From assembly GCA_046597055.1 (NCBI GenBank), contig JBKJLC010000290.1, positions 1 to 55,887 of the forward strand: DNA of 55,887 nt, written 5' to 3'. Both the position numbers and the translations under genes were made by a program. The stretch is from Kofleriaceae bacterium (lineage in GTDB: Bacteria; Myxococcota_A; Polyangia; Haliangiales; Haliangiaceae). Positions within the stretch are counted from its first letter, which is position 1, and each line of letters starts with the position of its first letter. Shown piece by piece: positions 8,570 to 20,629 of the stretch. Below the pieces are notes generated by a model, which saw only the letters and a list, made by a program, of their open reading frames with translations, searched no databases and was not told where the DNA came from.

Positions 8570-10597
8570 CTACTTCTTCGACGGTGGCGGCCTGGTCGGG
8601 GTCGGCGCCACGCGCTGGATCGCCTGGGCCTTCTCCTGGTCGACCTGGGCCTGCGACGGCGCCGCCTGTGGCACGGGGCCATCGGCCTGGTTGGGGCTGG
8701 CTGGCGCCACGTTGGCGGCGGGCGGGCCCGGCAGGTTGCCGGCCGCCGGGTCGTCGTCGACGGGGAGGTTCGGCGCGACCTTGCTGGGTCGCTGCTTCCC
8801 GTTGGTCGGCTTCTGGCTCGGCGGCGGGGCGGGCTTGTCGTCGTCGCCGGGGCCGCTCACGGGCACCGGGCCCGCGCCGGCGCGTGACTCGGCGGTCGTG
8901 CTGCGGGTCGAGGCACCCGCCACCCGCGCCAGGGTGCGAGCCTCGCCCCAGTCGATCGAGTCGACCACGCAGCGACCGTCGATCAGGTCGTAGCGGGCGC
9001 GCTGCTTGCGGATGGCGAGCGCGTCGGCGACCGGGTCGTAGTGGTACTCGGCGTGGAGCGCCAGGTGACACGACGGTTCGTCGGGGGCGCGCTCGTCGAT
9101 GTGCGGCTCGCTGGCGGTGAACGCGACGCCGCGATCGTCGGCCGGGACGAACTCGAAGAAGCGCAGGAACTGGCGGGGCCCGCGCGCGACCTCGAGCCGG
9201 AAGCCCGCGACCTGCTCGCCGCGCCGCTCGAACGCGCGAAAGCCGCCGTCGGGGAGCGCCCACACGCCCTCGAAGCCGGCGACCGCGGCCAGGGTCGCCG
9301 CGACCGCGACCGGATCGCCGGGGCTGGCGATCGCCGTGCGCTGCACGGTCGCGTAGCCCGGCTTCGACAGCTCGAGGTGCACCGCCTCGCCGGGGGCGGC
9401 GTCGACCAGGAGTGGGGTGACGCCGAGGTCCTTGCCGTCGCGCCGCACCCGCGCGCCCGCCGGCGTGGTGGTCACCTGCACCAGCACGGTCCCGGCCCCG
9501 GGCGTGGGCGCGCGCAGCGCTGGGGTGCGTCCGGCCCCGGCCACGACGACCACCCCCCCGACCACCACGACCACCGCGGCCGCGCCGACCGCGAGCCACG
9601 GCATCCGACCGGTCCGCGGTGGCAGGTGGCCGCCGCGGCCCCCGAGGCCCTCGGCGAGATCGGCGACCAGCGCCACCGCGGTCGGGTGGCGATCGCCGGG
9701 CTCCTTGGCCAGCGCGCGCGCGAACACGCGGTCGAGGGCGGGCGACAGCGCGGTGCCGCTCGCGGTCACCGACGGCACCGCGGCGCGGAAGTGCTGCTCC
9801 ATCATCGCGGGCAGGGTGGTGGCGCGGAACGGGACCTTGCCGGTCAAGAGCTCGTACGCGACGATGCCGAGCGCGTAGCGATCGGACGCGCCGCTGGCGC
9901 CGTCGGCGCTCCACTGCTCGGGCGCCATGTAGGCCGGCGTGCCGAGCCAGGCGCCCTGCCCGGTCAGGGTCTCGACCACCCGCGCGCCGCTGGCGTCGGC
10001 CAGCAGCTTGGCGATGCCGAAGTCGAGGACGTGTGCGGCCGGCCGGTCGGCGGGGCCGGTCACGACGATGTTGTCGGGCTTGAGATCCCGATGGACCACG
10101 CCCTTGCCGTGGGCCACGTCGAGGGCCTCGGCGACCTGGCCCAGGATGGCGAGCGCGATCGCGGGCGCCAGCGGTCCGGTCCGCAGCCGCTCGCGCAGCG
10201 ACTCGCCGGCCAGCAAGTCCATCACGAGGTAGAGGCGGCCGTCGTCGAGGCGGCCCAGCGCGAACACGTCGACCACGCTCGGGTGATCGACCTGATTGAC
10301 CGCGCGCGCCTCGCGCAGGAACCGCTCGGCCGAGTCAGCGCGGGTGGCGAGCTCGCGCTTGATGACCTTGATCGCGACCCGTTTGCCGATCACCGGGTGC
10401 AGGCCGGCGTACACGTCGCCCATCGCGCCGGCGCCGATGTGGCGCTCGACGACGTAGTCACCGACCACGTCACCACCGGCGAGCCGCTCGGCGCTGGTGG
10501 CCGCCGGCCCGGCCGGCCGCGCCGGCCGCGCCGGCCGCGCCGGATCGAGGACCGTCGGGTCCTGGGCGAGGCGGTCCTTGGCGGTCATGCGGTTCAT
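8570..10597 (-). CDS. Membrane Ser/Thr protein kinase with PEGA domain
   Basis: IGAGAMGDVY, VAIK, HRDLKPDN, DFG, GTPAYMAPEQ; TM segment (WLAVGAAAVVVVVGGVVVVAG); PEGA-like VTTTPAGARVRRDGKDLGVTP. Confidence 0.92.
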   Translation of the reverse strand: MNRMTAKDRLAQDPTVLDPARPARPARPAGPAATSAERLAGGDVVGDYVVERHIGAGAMGDVYAGLHPVIGKRVAIKVIKRELATRADSAERFLREARAVNQVDHPSVVDVFALGRLDDGRLYLVMDLLAGESLRERLRTGPLAPAIALAILGQVAEALDVAHGKGVVHRDLKPDNIVVTGPADRPAAHVLDFGIAKLLADASGARVVETLTGQGAWLGTPAYMAPEQWSADGASGASDRYALGIVAYELLTGKVPFRATTLPAMMEQHFRAAVPSVTASGTALSPALDRVFARALAKEPGDRHPTAVALVADLAEGLGGRGGHLPPRTGRMPWLAVGAAAVVVVVGGVVVVAGAGRTPALRAPTPGAGTVLVQVTTTPAGARVRRDGKDLGVTPLLVDAAPGEAVHLELSKPGYATVQRTAIASPGDPVAVAATLAAVAGFEGVWALPDGGFRAFERRGEQVAGFRLEVARGPRQFLRFFEFVPADDRGVAFTASEPHIDERAPDEPSCHLALHAEYHYDPVADALAIRKQRARYDLIDGRCVVDSIDWGEARTLARVAGASTRSTTAESRAGAGPVPVSGPGDDDKPAPPPSQKPTNGKQRPSKVAPNLPVDDDPAAGNLPGPPAANVAPASPNQADGPVPQAAPSQAQVDQEKAQAIQRVAPTPTRPPPSKK

Positions 10598-10749
10598 GGT
10601 AGCGCGGCTGGCCGGCAGCCACCGGTCCAGCGATCCACGCACGGGGACGCCGGCGCCGGAGTCAGGTTGCGGTCAGGCGCGCTGGCCGGCGGCGGCAGCG
10701 AACCAGCGGACCCGCGGCTGCCGCGCGACCCTGCCGTCGCCGGGACCGG

Positions 10750-11322
10750 TCAACGGAGGCGGAGGCGGGCCTGCGGCAGGGCGGCGGGACGGGTCGCGGC
10801 GCGGACCCGGAGCACCGCGCCGATCGCGTCGAGCGCGACCGCGAGCACGAGCAGGCAGGCCCCGCGCAGCGGCGAGTGGGCGAGCTGAAAAAAGGCGACG
10901 ATCTCGAGGGCGGCCAGCGAGATGCCGCGCTTCCACGCGCGCGCGTACATGTGGGCAGTGCCGAAGGTGATGCACAGCGCGAGCAGGAGCGCGACGCCGG
11001 TGCGCTTGCGGCGATCGATGCGGGATTCGACGGCCGGGGCATCGGCATCGGCATCGGCATCGGCATCGGCATCGGCATCGGCATCGGCATCGGCATCGCC
11101 GGCCGATCCGGTGCGCAGGTCATGCAGGAGCGCGGCGGCCTCGTCGGCCTCCTCCGCCCCGACCCAGATGTCGAGCGAGATGAACGAGCCGAGCCCGCCC
11201 AGCATGCTCGCGTGCTGTTCGCCGCCGATCACCACCGCGACCCCGTGCGCGGTCATCATGGCGCGGACCAGGGCGGCGTCGGCCGGGCCGGCGCAGGTGC
11301 CGATGCGTACCCGCGAGGACAT
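10750..11322 (-). CDS. DUF2007-like domain plus membrane domain protein with (DA)10 linker
   Basis: PADAALVRAMMTAHGVAVVIGGEQHAS...IWVGAEEADEAAALL, followed by hydrophobic helices. Confidence 0.7.
   Translation of the reverse strand: MSSRVRIGTCAGPADAALVRAMMTAHGVAVVIGGEQHASMLGGLGSFISLDIWVGAEEADEAAALLHDLRTGSAGDADADADADADADADADADAPAVESRIDRRKRTGVALLLALCITFGTAHMYARAWKRGISLAALEIVAFFQLAHSPLRGACLLVLAVALDAIGAVLRVRAATRPAALPQARLRLR
11038..11097. repeat. Perfect hexanucleotide microsatellite (GGCATC)10
   Basis: Counted directly; encodes (DA)10 on the minus strand. Confidence 0.97.
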
Positions 11323-11521
11323 CCCCCGGGAGTATCACGCCCTGCCGCTGCGCCCACGGCAGACCTCGGCGGGCCTGGGCGCGCTCAGGCAGCGCGAGCG
11401 CGTAGCCAGAGGGCCGCCACCACCCGAGCCTGACGGGCGCGACCGCGCCGCCACATCGGCACCGCGCCGGCCGGGGCGGCGAGTCGCCCGACCGGAGTGG
11501 CACGGGTGGTACCACTCACCG

Positions 11522-12802
11522 ATGCCGACCGAGGCCCCTGCCCCACCCGCGCTGCCGCGCGTCGTCGGCGTGCCCGGCGCCGTCCTGCTCGGCCTCGGCT
11601 CGATCGTCGGGACCGGCATCTTCGTGAGCGTGGGCGTCGCCGCTGGCGTCGCCGGTCCCGCGGTCGTGCTCGCGGTCGTGCTCGCCGCCGCGATCGCGGC
11701 CTGCAACGGCCTGTCGAGCGCGCAGCTCGCCGCCGCCCACCCGGTCAGCGGCGGCACCTACGAGTACGGGCACCGCTACCTGAACCCGACCCTCGGCTTT
11801 GTCGCCGGCTGGATGTTCCTGTGCGCCAAGAGCGCGTCGGCCGCGACCGCCGCCCTCGGGCTCGGCGGCTACGCGCTCGCGCTCGCCGGGGTCAGCGGGC
11901 GCGGGCGGATCGCGCTGGCGGTCGGGGTGGTCGCCTTCCTGACCGCGATCGTCGCCGGCGGGCTGCGCAGGTCGAGCCGCACCAACGTCGTCATCGTCGG
12001 GCTAACCCTGGCCGCGCTGGCCATGTTCGTCCTCGCCGGCGCGCCGCTCGCGATCGCCCGCGCGCCGGTCACGCTCGACGGCCTGTTCGACGTCAGCGCC
12101 CCCGATCTCCTGCACGCCACCGCGCTGATGTTCGTCGCGTACACCGGCTACGGCCGGATCGCGACGCTCGGCGAGGAGGTCCGTGATCCGGCGCGCACGA
12201 TCCCGCGCGCGATCATCCTGACCCTGGTCGCCTCGCTGGTCGTGTACGGCGCGGTGACGCTGGTCGCGGTCGCGGTCGCGGGTGCCGGCGCGCTGGCCCC
12301 GCGCGCTGGCGGGGCCGCGCCGCTCGAGCGCGCCGCCGGCGAGCTCGGCGTGCCCGGGCTGCGGCTCGTGATCGCCCTCGGCGCGATCACCGCGATGGCC
12401 GGCGTGGTGCTGAATCTCCTGCTCGGGCTGTCGCGGGTGGTCCTGGCCATGGCCCGCCGCGGCGACCTGCCGGCCGGGCTCGCCCACGTCGGCCATGACA
12501 CCCCGCGCCGCGCGGTCGTGCTGGTCGGCGTGGCGATCGCCGGGCTCACCCTGATCGGCAGCGTGGAGACGACGTGGTCGTTCAGCGCCTTCACCGTCCT
12601 CGTCTACTACGCGCTCACCAACCTGGCCGCACTCCGCCAGCCCGCCGCCGAGCGCCGCCACCCGCGCGCGATCGCCGCCGCCGGCCTGGTCGCGTGCCTC
12701 GGGCTCGCGTGGTGGGTCGAGCCGCGGATCTGGCTGGCCGGCCTGGCGCTGATCGCGGGTGGCCTGGTCGCGCGCGCCGGCTACCGGGCGACCCGGCGCT
12801 GA
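11522..12802 (+). CDS. APC-family amino acid permease
   Basis: GLGSIVGTGIF, HPVSGGTYEYG, FVAYTGYGRIATLGEEVRDPARTIPRA; many TM helices. Confidence 0.92.
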   Translation: MPTEAPAPPALPRVVGVPGAVLLGLGSIVGTGIFVSVGVAAGVAGPAVVLAVVLAAAIAACNGLSSAQLAAAHPVSGGTYEYGHRYLNPTLGFVAGWMFLCAKSASAATAALGLGGYALALAGVSGRGRIALAVGVVAFLTAIVAGGLRRSSRTNVVIVGLTLAALAMFVLAGAPLAIARAPVTLDGLFDVSAPDLLHATALMFVAYTGYGRIATLGEEVRDPARTIPRAIILTLVASLVVYGAVTLVAVAVAGAGALAPRAGGAAPLERAAGELGVPGLRLVIALGAITAMAGVVLNLLLGLSRVVLAMARRGDLPAGLAHVGHDTPRRAVVLVGVAIAGLTLIGSVETTWSFSAFTVLVYYALTNLAALRQPAAERRHPRAIAAAGLVACLGLAWWVEPRIWLAGLALIAGGLVARAGYRATRR

Positions 12803-12817
12803 CCCGCCTCGCGTCGC

Positions 12818-15892
<3,075 letters not shown>

Positions 15893-16017
15893 GCCTGGGC
15901 ACTGTAGGCCGTGCCTCCGGACGCTGACAACGTGCGCTCCTGTCGCAGGTCAACCCGGGGTCGTGAAACCCACCCTCCGGTTCGATTCGATCAGTCGGCC
16001 GCGGCGCCCAGGCCGCC

Positions 16018-16398
16018 TCACAGCAGCGGCAGCCCGCCCGTGATCGCGTCGACCTCGTCGGCCCAGGCTGGGCCGACCGCCAGGCAAGTCCGGGTCGGCA
16101 CCCCGTGAAATTCGGTCTTGCCCGCGTCCACGATCAGCGCGCAGGGCAGGCCCGCGGCCAGCGCCCGCGCGTGGATCTCGTCGAGCTCGACCTCGGACCC
16201 GACCGCCACGCACACCTTGGTGAATCGCCCGCCGAGCCAGGCGGTCATCGCCGGCGTCATCGCGAACGTGAACCGGTCGTCGTCAGCGCCCCCGCGGTCG
16301 AGCAGCGCCTTCATCGCCGCATGCGCGCCCTGGGCGATCATCTTGCCCTTGCGCATGCCAAGGTCCTTGCGCATCACGATCACCTGTTTGGCGTCCAC
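16018..16398 (-). CDS. pth2: Peptidyl-tRNA hydrolase, Pth2 (archaeal/eukaryotic) type
   Basis: KQVIVMRKDLGMRKGKMIAQGAHA...TKVCV...DAGKTEF...TCLAVGP...DAITGGLPLL. Confidence 0.9.
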   Translation of the reverse strand: MDAKQVIVMRKDLGMRKGKMIAQGAHAAMKALLDRGGADDDRFTFAMTPAMTAWLGGRFTKVCVAVGSEVELDEIHARALAAGLPCALIVDAGKTEFHGVPTRTCLAVGPAWADEVDAITGGLPLL

Positions 16399-16572
16399 CG
16401 CGCGATCCTACCTGGCGGACCATCGGCAAGGGCCCGCGGGAGCGGGCGTTGGCCATCGTCTCGAACGCACGCCTTATTCGGCCGATCGCGCCCACCGGAC
16501 GCCTCGGTTTCGTGACCAAGTTTTGACCATTTGGCGACCTGGCGGCGCACTGGTTCCCCCTACCCTCGCCGC

Positions 16573-17607
16573 ATGTTGGTGCCAGACCTGGGATCGCTGC
16601 GGACGGAGCTCCGCGCCGCGGGAGTCTTCGCGCATCGCGAGCTGCACAGCTGGCTGGAGCTCGCCTTGTTGTTCGCCGGGGTCGCCGCGTGTCTCTACGG
16701 CATCGCGGTGGCGCCGTGGTGGGCGATCGCCCCGCTGATCGCCCTGGCCGGCATCCTGTCGACCACCGCGGCCATGCTCGGCCACGAGGGCAGCCACCGC
16801 AGCTTCTCGGCGTCGCCCGCCCGCAACGCGCTGCTGGTCCACCTGGTGTTCCCGCTGTTCGGCGGGCTGTCAGCGCGCTACTGGCGCGAGAAGCACGACC
16901 GCCTGCATCACGGTCATCCCAACGTCGACGGCCGCGACCCCGACATCCAGCCGTTCCCGTTCGTGTCGAGCCGCGAGGGCCACGAGCGGTGCGGCCCGCT
17001 CCGGCGGTGGTTCCATCGCCACTTCCAGCCGTGGGCGTTCTGGCCGATGTCGACCCTGATGTCGGTCGGGATGCGGCGCTCGTCGGTCCTCTTCCTGGTC
17101 GACGACGTCCGCCGCCGCGGTCTCAACCGCAGCTGGCTGCTCGACGCCGGCTGCCTGACCGCCCACTACACGGGCTGGCTGCTGGTGCCATCGCTGGTGT
17201 GGGGCCCGCTGGTCGCATTCGGTGTCTACGCCGGCGTCTGGCTGGTGGTCGGCGTCCTGCTCGCGATGATCTTCGCGCCCGCGCACATCGGCCTGCCGGT
17301 GGTGAACGACCAGCACCACGACTGGCTCCACCAGCTGGAGACCACCCGCAACCTCGAGTTGCCGCGGGCGGTGTCGTGGTTCTTCGTCGGGCTCGACTAC
17401 CAGATCGAGCATCACCTGTTTCCGCGCATCCCGCACCAGCACCTGCCCCGCGCCGCGGCGATCACGGCGGCCTGGTGCCGCCGGCACCAGCTCCCCTACC
17501 AGAGCGTCGGCTACGGCCACGCCTTCGTCGACGCCAGCCGGTTCATGGCGACCGCGTGGACCCGTCCGACCGCGTCACCGATCGAGATCCGTCAGCGCGC
17601 GGCCTGA
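16573..17607 (+). CDS. Membrane fatty acid desaturase (Q-type third His box)
   Basis: His boxes HEGSH, HDRLHH and QIEHHLFP; hydrophobic helices. Confidence 0.9.
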   Translation: MLVPDLGSLRTELRAAGVFAHRELHSWLELALLFAGVAACLYGIAVAPWWAIAPLIALAGILSTTAAMLGHEGSHRSFSASPARNALLVHLVFPLFGGLSARYWREKHDRLHHGHPNVDGRDPDIQPFPFVSSREGHERCGPLRRWFHRHFQPWAFWPMSTLMSVGMRRSSVLFLVDDVRRRGLNRSWLLDAGCLTAHYTGWLLVPSLVWGPLVAFGVYAGVWLVVGVLLAMIFAPAHIGLPVVNDQHHDWLHQLETTRNLELPRAVSWFFVGLDYQIEHHLFPRIPHQHLPRAAAITAAWCRRHQLPYQSVGYGHAFVDASRFMATAWTRPTASPIEIRQRAA

Positions 17608-17615
17608 GCCGCGAG

Positions 17616-18260
17616 CTAGAAGCGCGCCGCGAGCGCCACGCCTGGCACCACCTGAACCTGGCCACGCATCGGCGCCACGACGAGGCGCACGTCGCCGCGG
17701 TGGCGGCGGTAGCGACGCGCCGACGACGGGGCGGTGACGACCTCGTAGATCGTGCTCGCGACGTAGGCCATCGCGCCGGTCAGGAATGCGTCGCCGCCGA
17801 AGCGGCACGGCTCGCTGGTGTCGCCGTCGACGCAGCCGAGCGCGAGCATCGCGCCGACGCCGCCGACGAGCGCGCTGCCGACGCGCGCGGTCAGGCCGGG
17901 ATTCCACGCGTTGCCGCTGTACCAGTGCCCGAGCGAGGGCCCGACGCCGAGCCCGAGCAGCCCGGCGATCGTCAGCGAGTCCGGTCCTTCGGCGAGGCCG
18001 ATCGCGAGCGCCGCGGCGCCGCCGAGCGTCGCGCCGGCCGAGAGCTCGCCAGCAATGGCGGGGCTCGGCACGTGCCGCGTGTCACCGGGCGGCGGGCTCC
18101 ACGGGTCTGGGACGAGCGGGCTGCGGTCGTCGTACGGCCCCCGCGCTGGGTCGTCGGCCGGTTGTGATCCGGCGCGAGACGTGAAGAGCAGCAGGACCAG
18201 CAGCACGACGAGGGCCGCAAGACCCCAGTGCCGGCGCTCGACAGCGAACCACTCGCGCAT
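17616..18260 (-). CDS. Hypothetical exported/membrane protein
   Basis: ATG at 18260 after AAGGAGG; hydrophobic N-terminus; GPSLGHWY motif; ends GVALAARF. Confidence 0.65.
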   Translation of the reverse strand: MREWFAVERRHWGLAALVVLLVLLLFTSRAGSQPADDPARGPYDDRSPLVPDPWSPPPGDTRHVPSPAIAGELSAGATLGGAAALAIGLAEGPDSLTIAGLLGLGVGPSLGHWYSGNAWNPGLTARVGSALVGGVGAMLALGCVDGDTSEPCRFGGDAFLTGAMAYVASTIYEVVTAPSSARRYRRHRGDVRLVVAPMRGQVQVVPGVALAARF

Positions 18261-18433
18261 GACACCCTCCTTCGGTCTATCTGTTGTGGATCCAGACGGG
18301 CCCGGGTGGAAGGCAAGACATGTTCGGCCCGTGGAACGGTCGTTCCCGCGGAAGCCGAGCCGGGCGCCTCGGCGCGCGTGGCGAGCTGCCGAGCGCTCAG
18401 GTCGCCACGAGGGGAGGATCCGGAGCGCTGGGG

Positions 18434-19636
18434 CTAGCTGACGCGGCAGTCGGGCTGGGCCCGGCCGGTCTTGGTGAGCACCACCTGATACAGCTGGCCA
18501 TCGCGCGAGCGGGACGCGCCGGCGGCCGCCAGCAGGTAGAACTGCCACATCTTGTAGAAGCGGCGGTCGTACTTGTGCGCGATCTCCGGGTAGGTCCGCG
18601 CGAAGTTCTGCGACCACGCCATCAGCGTCGGGTCGTAGTCAGGACCGATGTTGTGCAGGTCCTCGACGACCAGGAGGCCCTCGACCGCGCGGCCGAGCTG
18701 GGCCAGCGACGGCGCGACCGCGTGCGGGAAGATGTACTTCTCGATGAACGGCGTGCCGTGGCGCAGGCTGCGGTTGTTGGCGATCGTGTGGATGAGCGCC
18801 ACGCCGTCGTCGACCATGCAGCGGTCGATCACCTTGGCGACCTCGCGGTGGTTCTTGGGGCCGACGTGCTCCATCATGCCGATCGAGACCACCCGGTCGA
18901 AAGTGCCTGTGATGTCGCGGTAGTCGCACAGCCGGAGCTCGACCGGCAGGTGCTTCCACTTCTGGTTGCCGAGCGCGACCTGGTCCTTCGACAGGGTCAC
19001 GCCGACCACGGTGCAGCCGTACTTCTCGGCGGCCCAGCTGGCGAACCCGCCCCAGCCGCAGCCGAGGTCGAGCACGCGCATGCCAGGCGCGAGGCCGACC
19101 TTGCGGGCGACCAGGTCGAGCTTGGCCTCCTGGGCCTGCTCGAGCGTGGTCGCGTTCTTCCAGTACGCGCAGGTGTAGACCATGCGCGAGTCGAGCATCC
19201 GGGTGTACAGGTCGTTCCCGATGTCGTAATGGGCCTCGATCGCCGCCCCGGCGCGGCTCCTGCTCTGCAGGTTGAGCACCACCGCGCGCACCGTGAGCGC
19301 CTTCAGCCGCCAGCTGCCGGTGACCTTCTGCTTGAGGTCTGCGCGCATGATCTTCTCGATCGTCACGTCGAGCGCGTCGGCGTCCCACCAGCCGTCCATG
19401 TACGACTCGCCCAGGCCAATCGACGCATCGCGCAGCAGCCGTTCGTAGAAGCGGCGGTCGTGGACCACGACGTCGCCGGGCCGAGCGCCCCCGATCTGGA
19501 TGTCGGCGAGCTCGAACAGCTCCCGGACGACCGCCTCGGCGTCGCGCGCCCGATCGGGCAGGCGGACGACCGGTAGCACCCGCTGGAACAGGTCACGGAT
19601 CGGCGCGGCCCAGGCCGGGGTGGTGTCGGTGGTCAT
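18434..19636 (-). CDS. cfa: Cyclopropane-fatty-acyl-phospholipid synthase
   Basis: GLGESYMDGWWD, HYDIGNDLY, YTCAYW, AQEAKL, LDLGCGWGG, SIGMMEHVGPKN, IEKYIFP. Alternative start 19651. Confidence 0.93.
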   Translation of the reverse strand: MTTDTTPAWAAPIRDLFQRVLPVVRLPDRARDAEAVVRELFELADIQIGGARPGDVVVHDRRFYERLLRDASIGLGESYMDGWWDADALDVTIEKIMRADLKQKVTGSWRLKALTVRAVVLNLQSRSRAGAAIEAHYDIGNDLYTRMLDSRMVYTCAYWKNATTLEQAQEAKLDLVARKVGLAPGMRVLDLGCGWGGFASWAAEKYGCTVVGVTLSKDQVALGNQKWKHLPVELRLCDYRDITGTFDRVVSIGMMEHVGPKNHREVAKVIDRCMVDDGVALIHTIANNRSLRHGTPFIEKYIFPHAVAPSLAQLGRAVEGLLVVEDLHNIGPDYDPTLMAWSQNFARTYPEIAHKYDRRFYKMWQFYLLAAAGASRSRDGQLYQVVLTKTGRAQPDCRVS

Positions 19637-19996
19637 GAGGCTCTGTCTCATGATTCATCCGAGGCGGACAAGCTGTCGCACCCGGCCCCACGATGCACAA
19701 TCGCGAAAGGTCGTCGAACCGGCACGCTACCGGAGATCCGCGCGGCGCGTCTGGTTCCGCGAGCATGCCGGCCGTGACCGGGCGCGTCAGCCCTCTATCG
19801 AACGCCTGTCAGCGCGAGCCCCTTGCCACACGGCCCGGTCCACGCTAGGTTCCGCTCGCTCACAGGAACGTAGCCGCGAGAGTCGACGCTTCTCCCATCA
19901 TCTGGGAACTGCGGAAGCCAAGCGATGCATCCCACGTGGCCCGTGCACGACATTCGTCGTCGCGGTCATGACCACCGACCCAGATGAGATAGACAC

Positions 19997-20362
19997 ATGA
20001 GCACCCGACTGTACGTAGGCAACCTTTCCTTCAACACCACTGGCGACACGATCCGCGAGGAGTTTTCGGCTCTCGGCGAGGTCACCGACGTTCACGTTGT
20101 TATGGACCGCGAGACCGGCCGCCCGCGCGGCTTCGCGTTCGTGACCATGGGTTCGCCGGCTGAGGCCGCGAAGGCCATCAACGAGATGAACGGCAAGATG
20201 GTCGACGGCCGTCCCCTCCGCGTCAACGAGGCGGAGGAGCGCGCTCCCCGTGGCGGCGGCGGCGGTGGTGGTGGTGGCTACGGTGGCGGTGGCGGTGGCG
20301 ACCGCGGCGGTGGTGGTGGTCGTGGTGGTCGCGGCGGCGGTGGCCGCGGCGGCCGCTTCTAA
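19997..20362 (+). CDS. RRM RNA-binding protein with Gly/Arg-rich tail
   Basis: RNP2 LYVGNL and RNP1 RGFAFVTM; GGR repeats. Confidence 0.95.
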   Translation: MSTRLYVGNLSFNTTGDTIREEFSALGEVTDVHVVMDRETGRPRGFAFVTMGSPAEAAKAINEMNGKMVDGRPLRVNEAEERAPRGGGGGGGGGYGGGGGGDRGGGGGRGGRGGGGRGGRF

Positions 20363-20376
20363 CACCAGAACCAATG

Positions 20377-20392
20377 CCCGGCTCCGGCCGGG
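20377..20392 (+). terminator. Possible terminator or stability hairpin after the RRM gene
   Basis: CCCGGC-TCCG-GCCGGG stem-loop 14 bp after the stop, with only a short T tail. Confidence 0.3.
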
Positions 20393-20587
20393 TTGACGAC
20401 TAATGATGGCGCCATCGGGCGGGGCTCTTGCTCCAACCGGCTGGCGCCTTCATGCGTTTCGGCCCGGTACCCGGGGGGCAAGCGGCCGCTCGAACCACGG
20501 CGGGGCCCGCAGCAGGATCCCGGGGGCCCGAGATCGGCGGGCGGTGCCAGCACCGCCCGCGACCGGTCAGCGCGACCGGCGCCCTCC

Positions 20588-20629
20588 ACCGGTCACAGGC
20601 GGACCGAGACCGGTCACAGGCGGACCGAG
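20588..20629. repeat. Perfect 21-bp tandem duplication spanning the vWA gene stop codon
   Basis: ACCGGTCACAGGCGGACCGAG at 20588-20608 and 20609-20629. Confidence 0.95.

Noticed and set aside
10500..10542. Short GCCGGCCGC repeats at the kinase 5' end
   Set aside because: Low-complexity PAR linker, expected at this GC content.
20250..20357. GGC/GGT-rich low-complexity tract
   Set aside because: Explained by the normal Gly-rich tail of the RRM protein.
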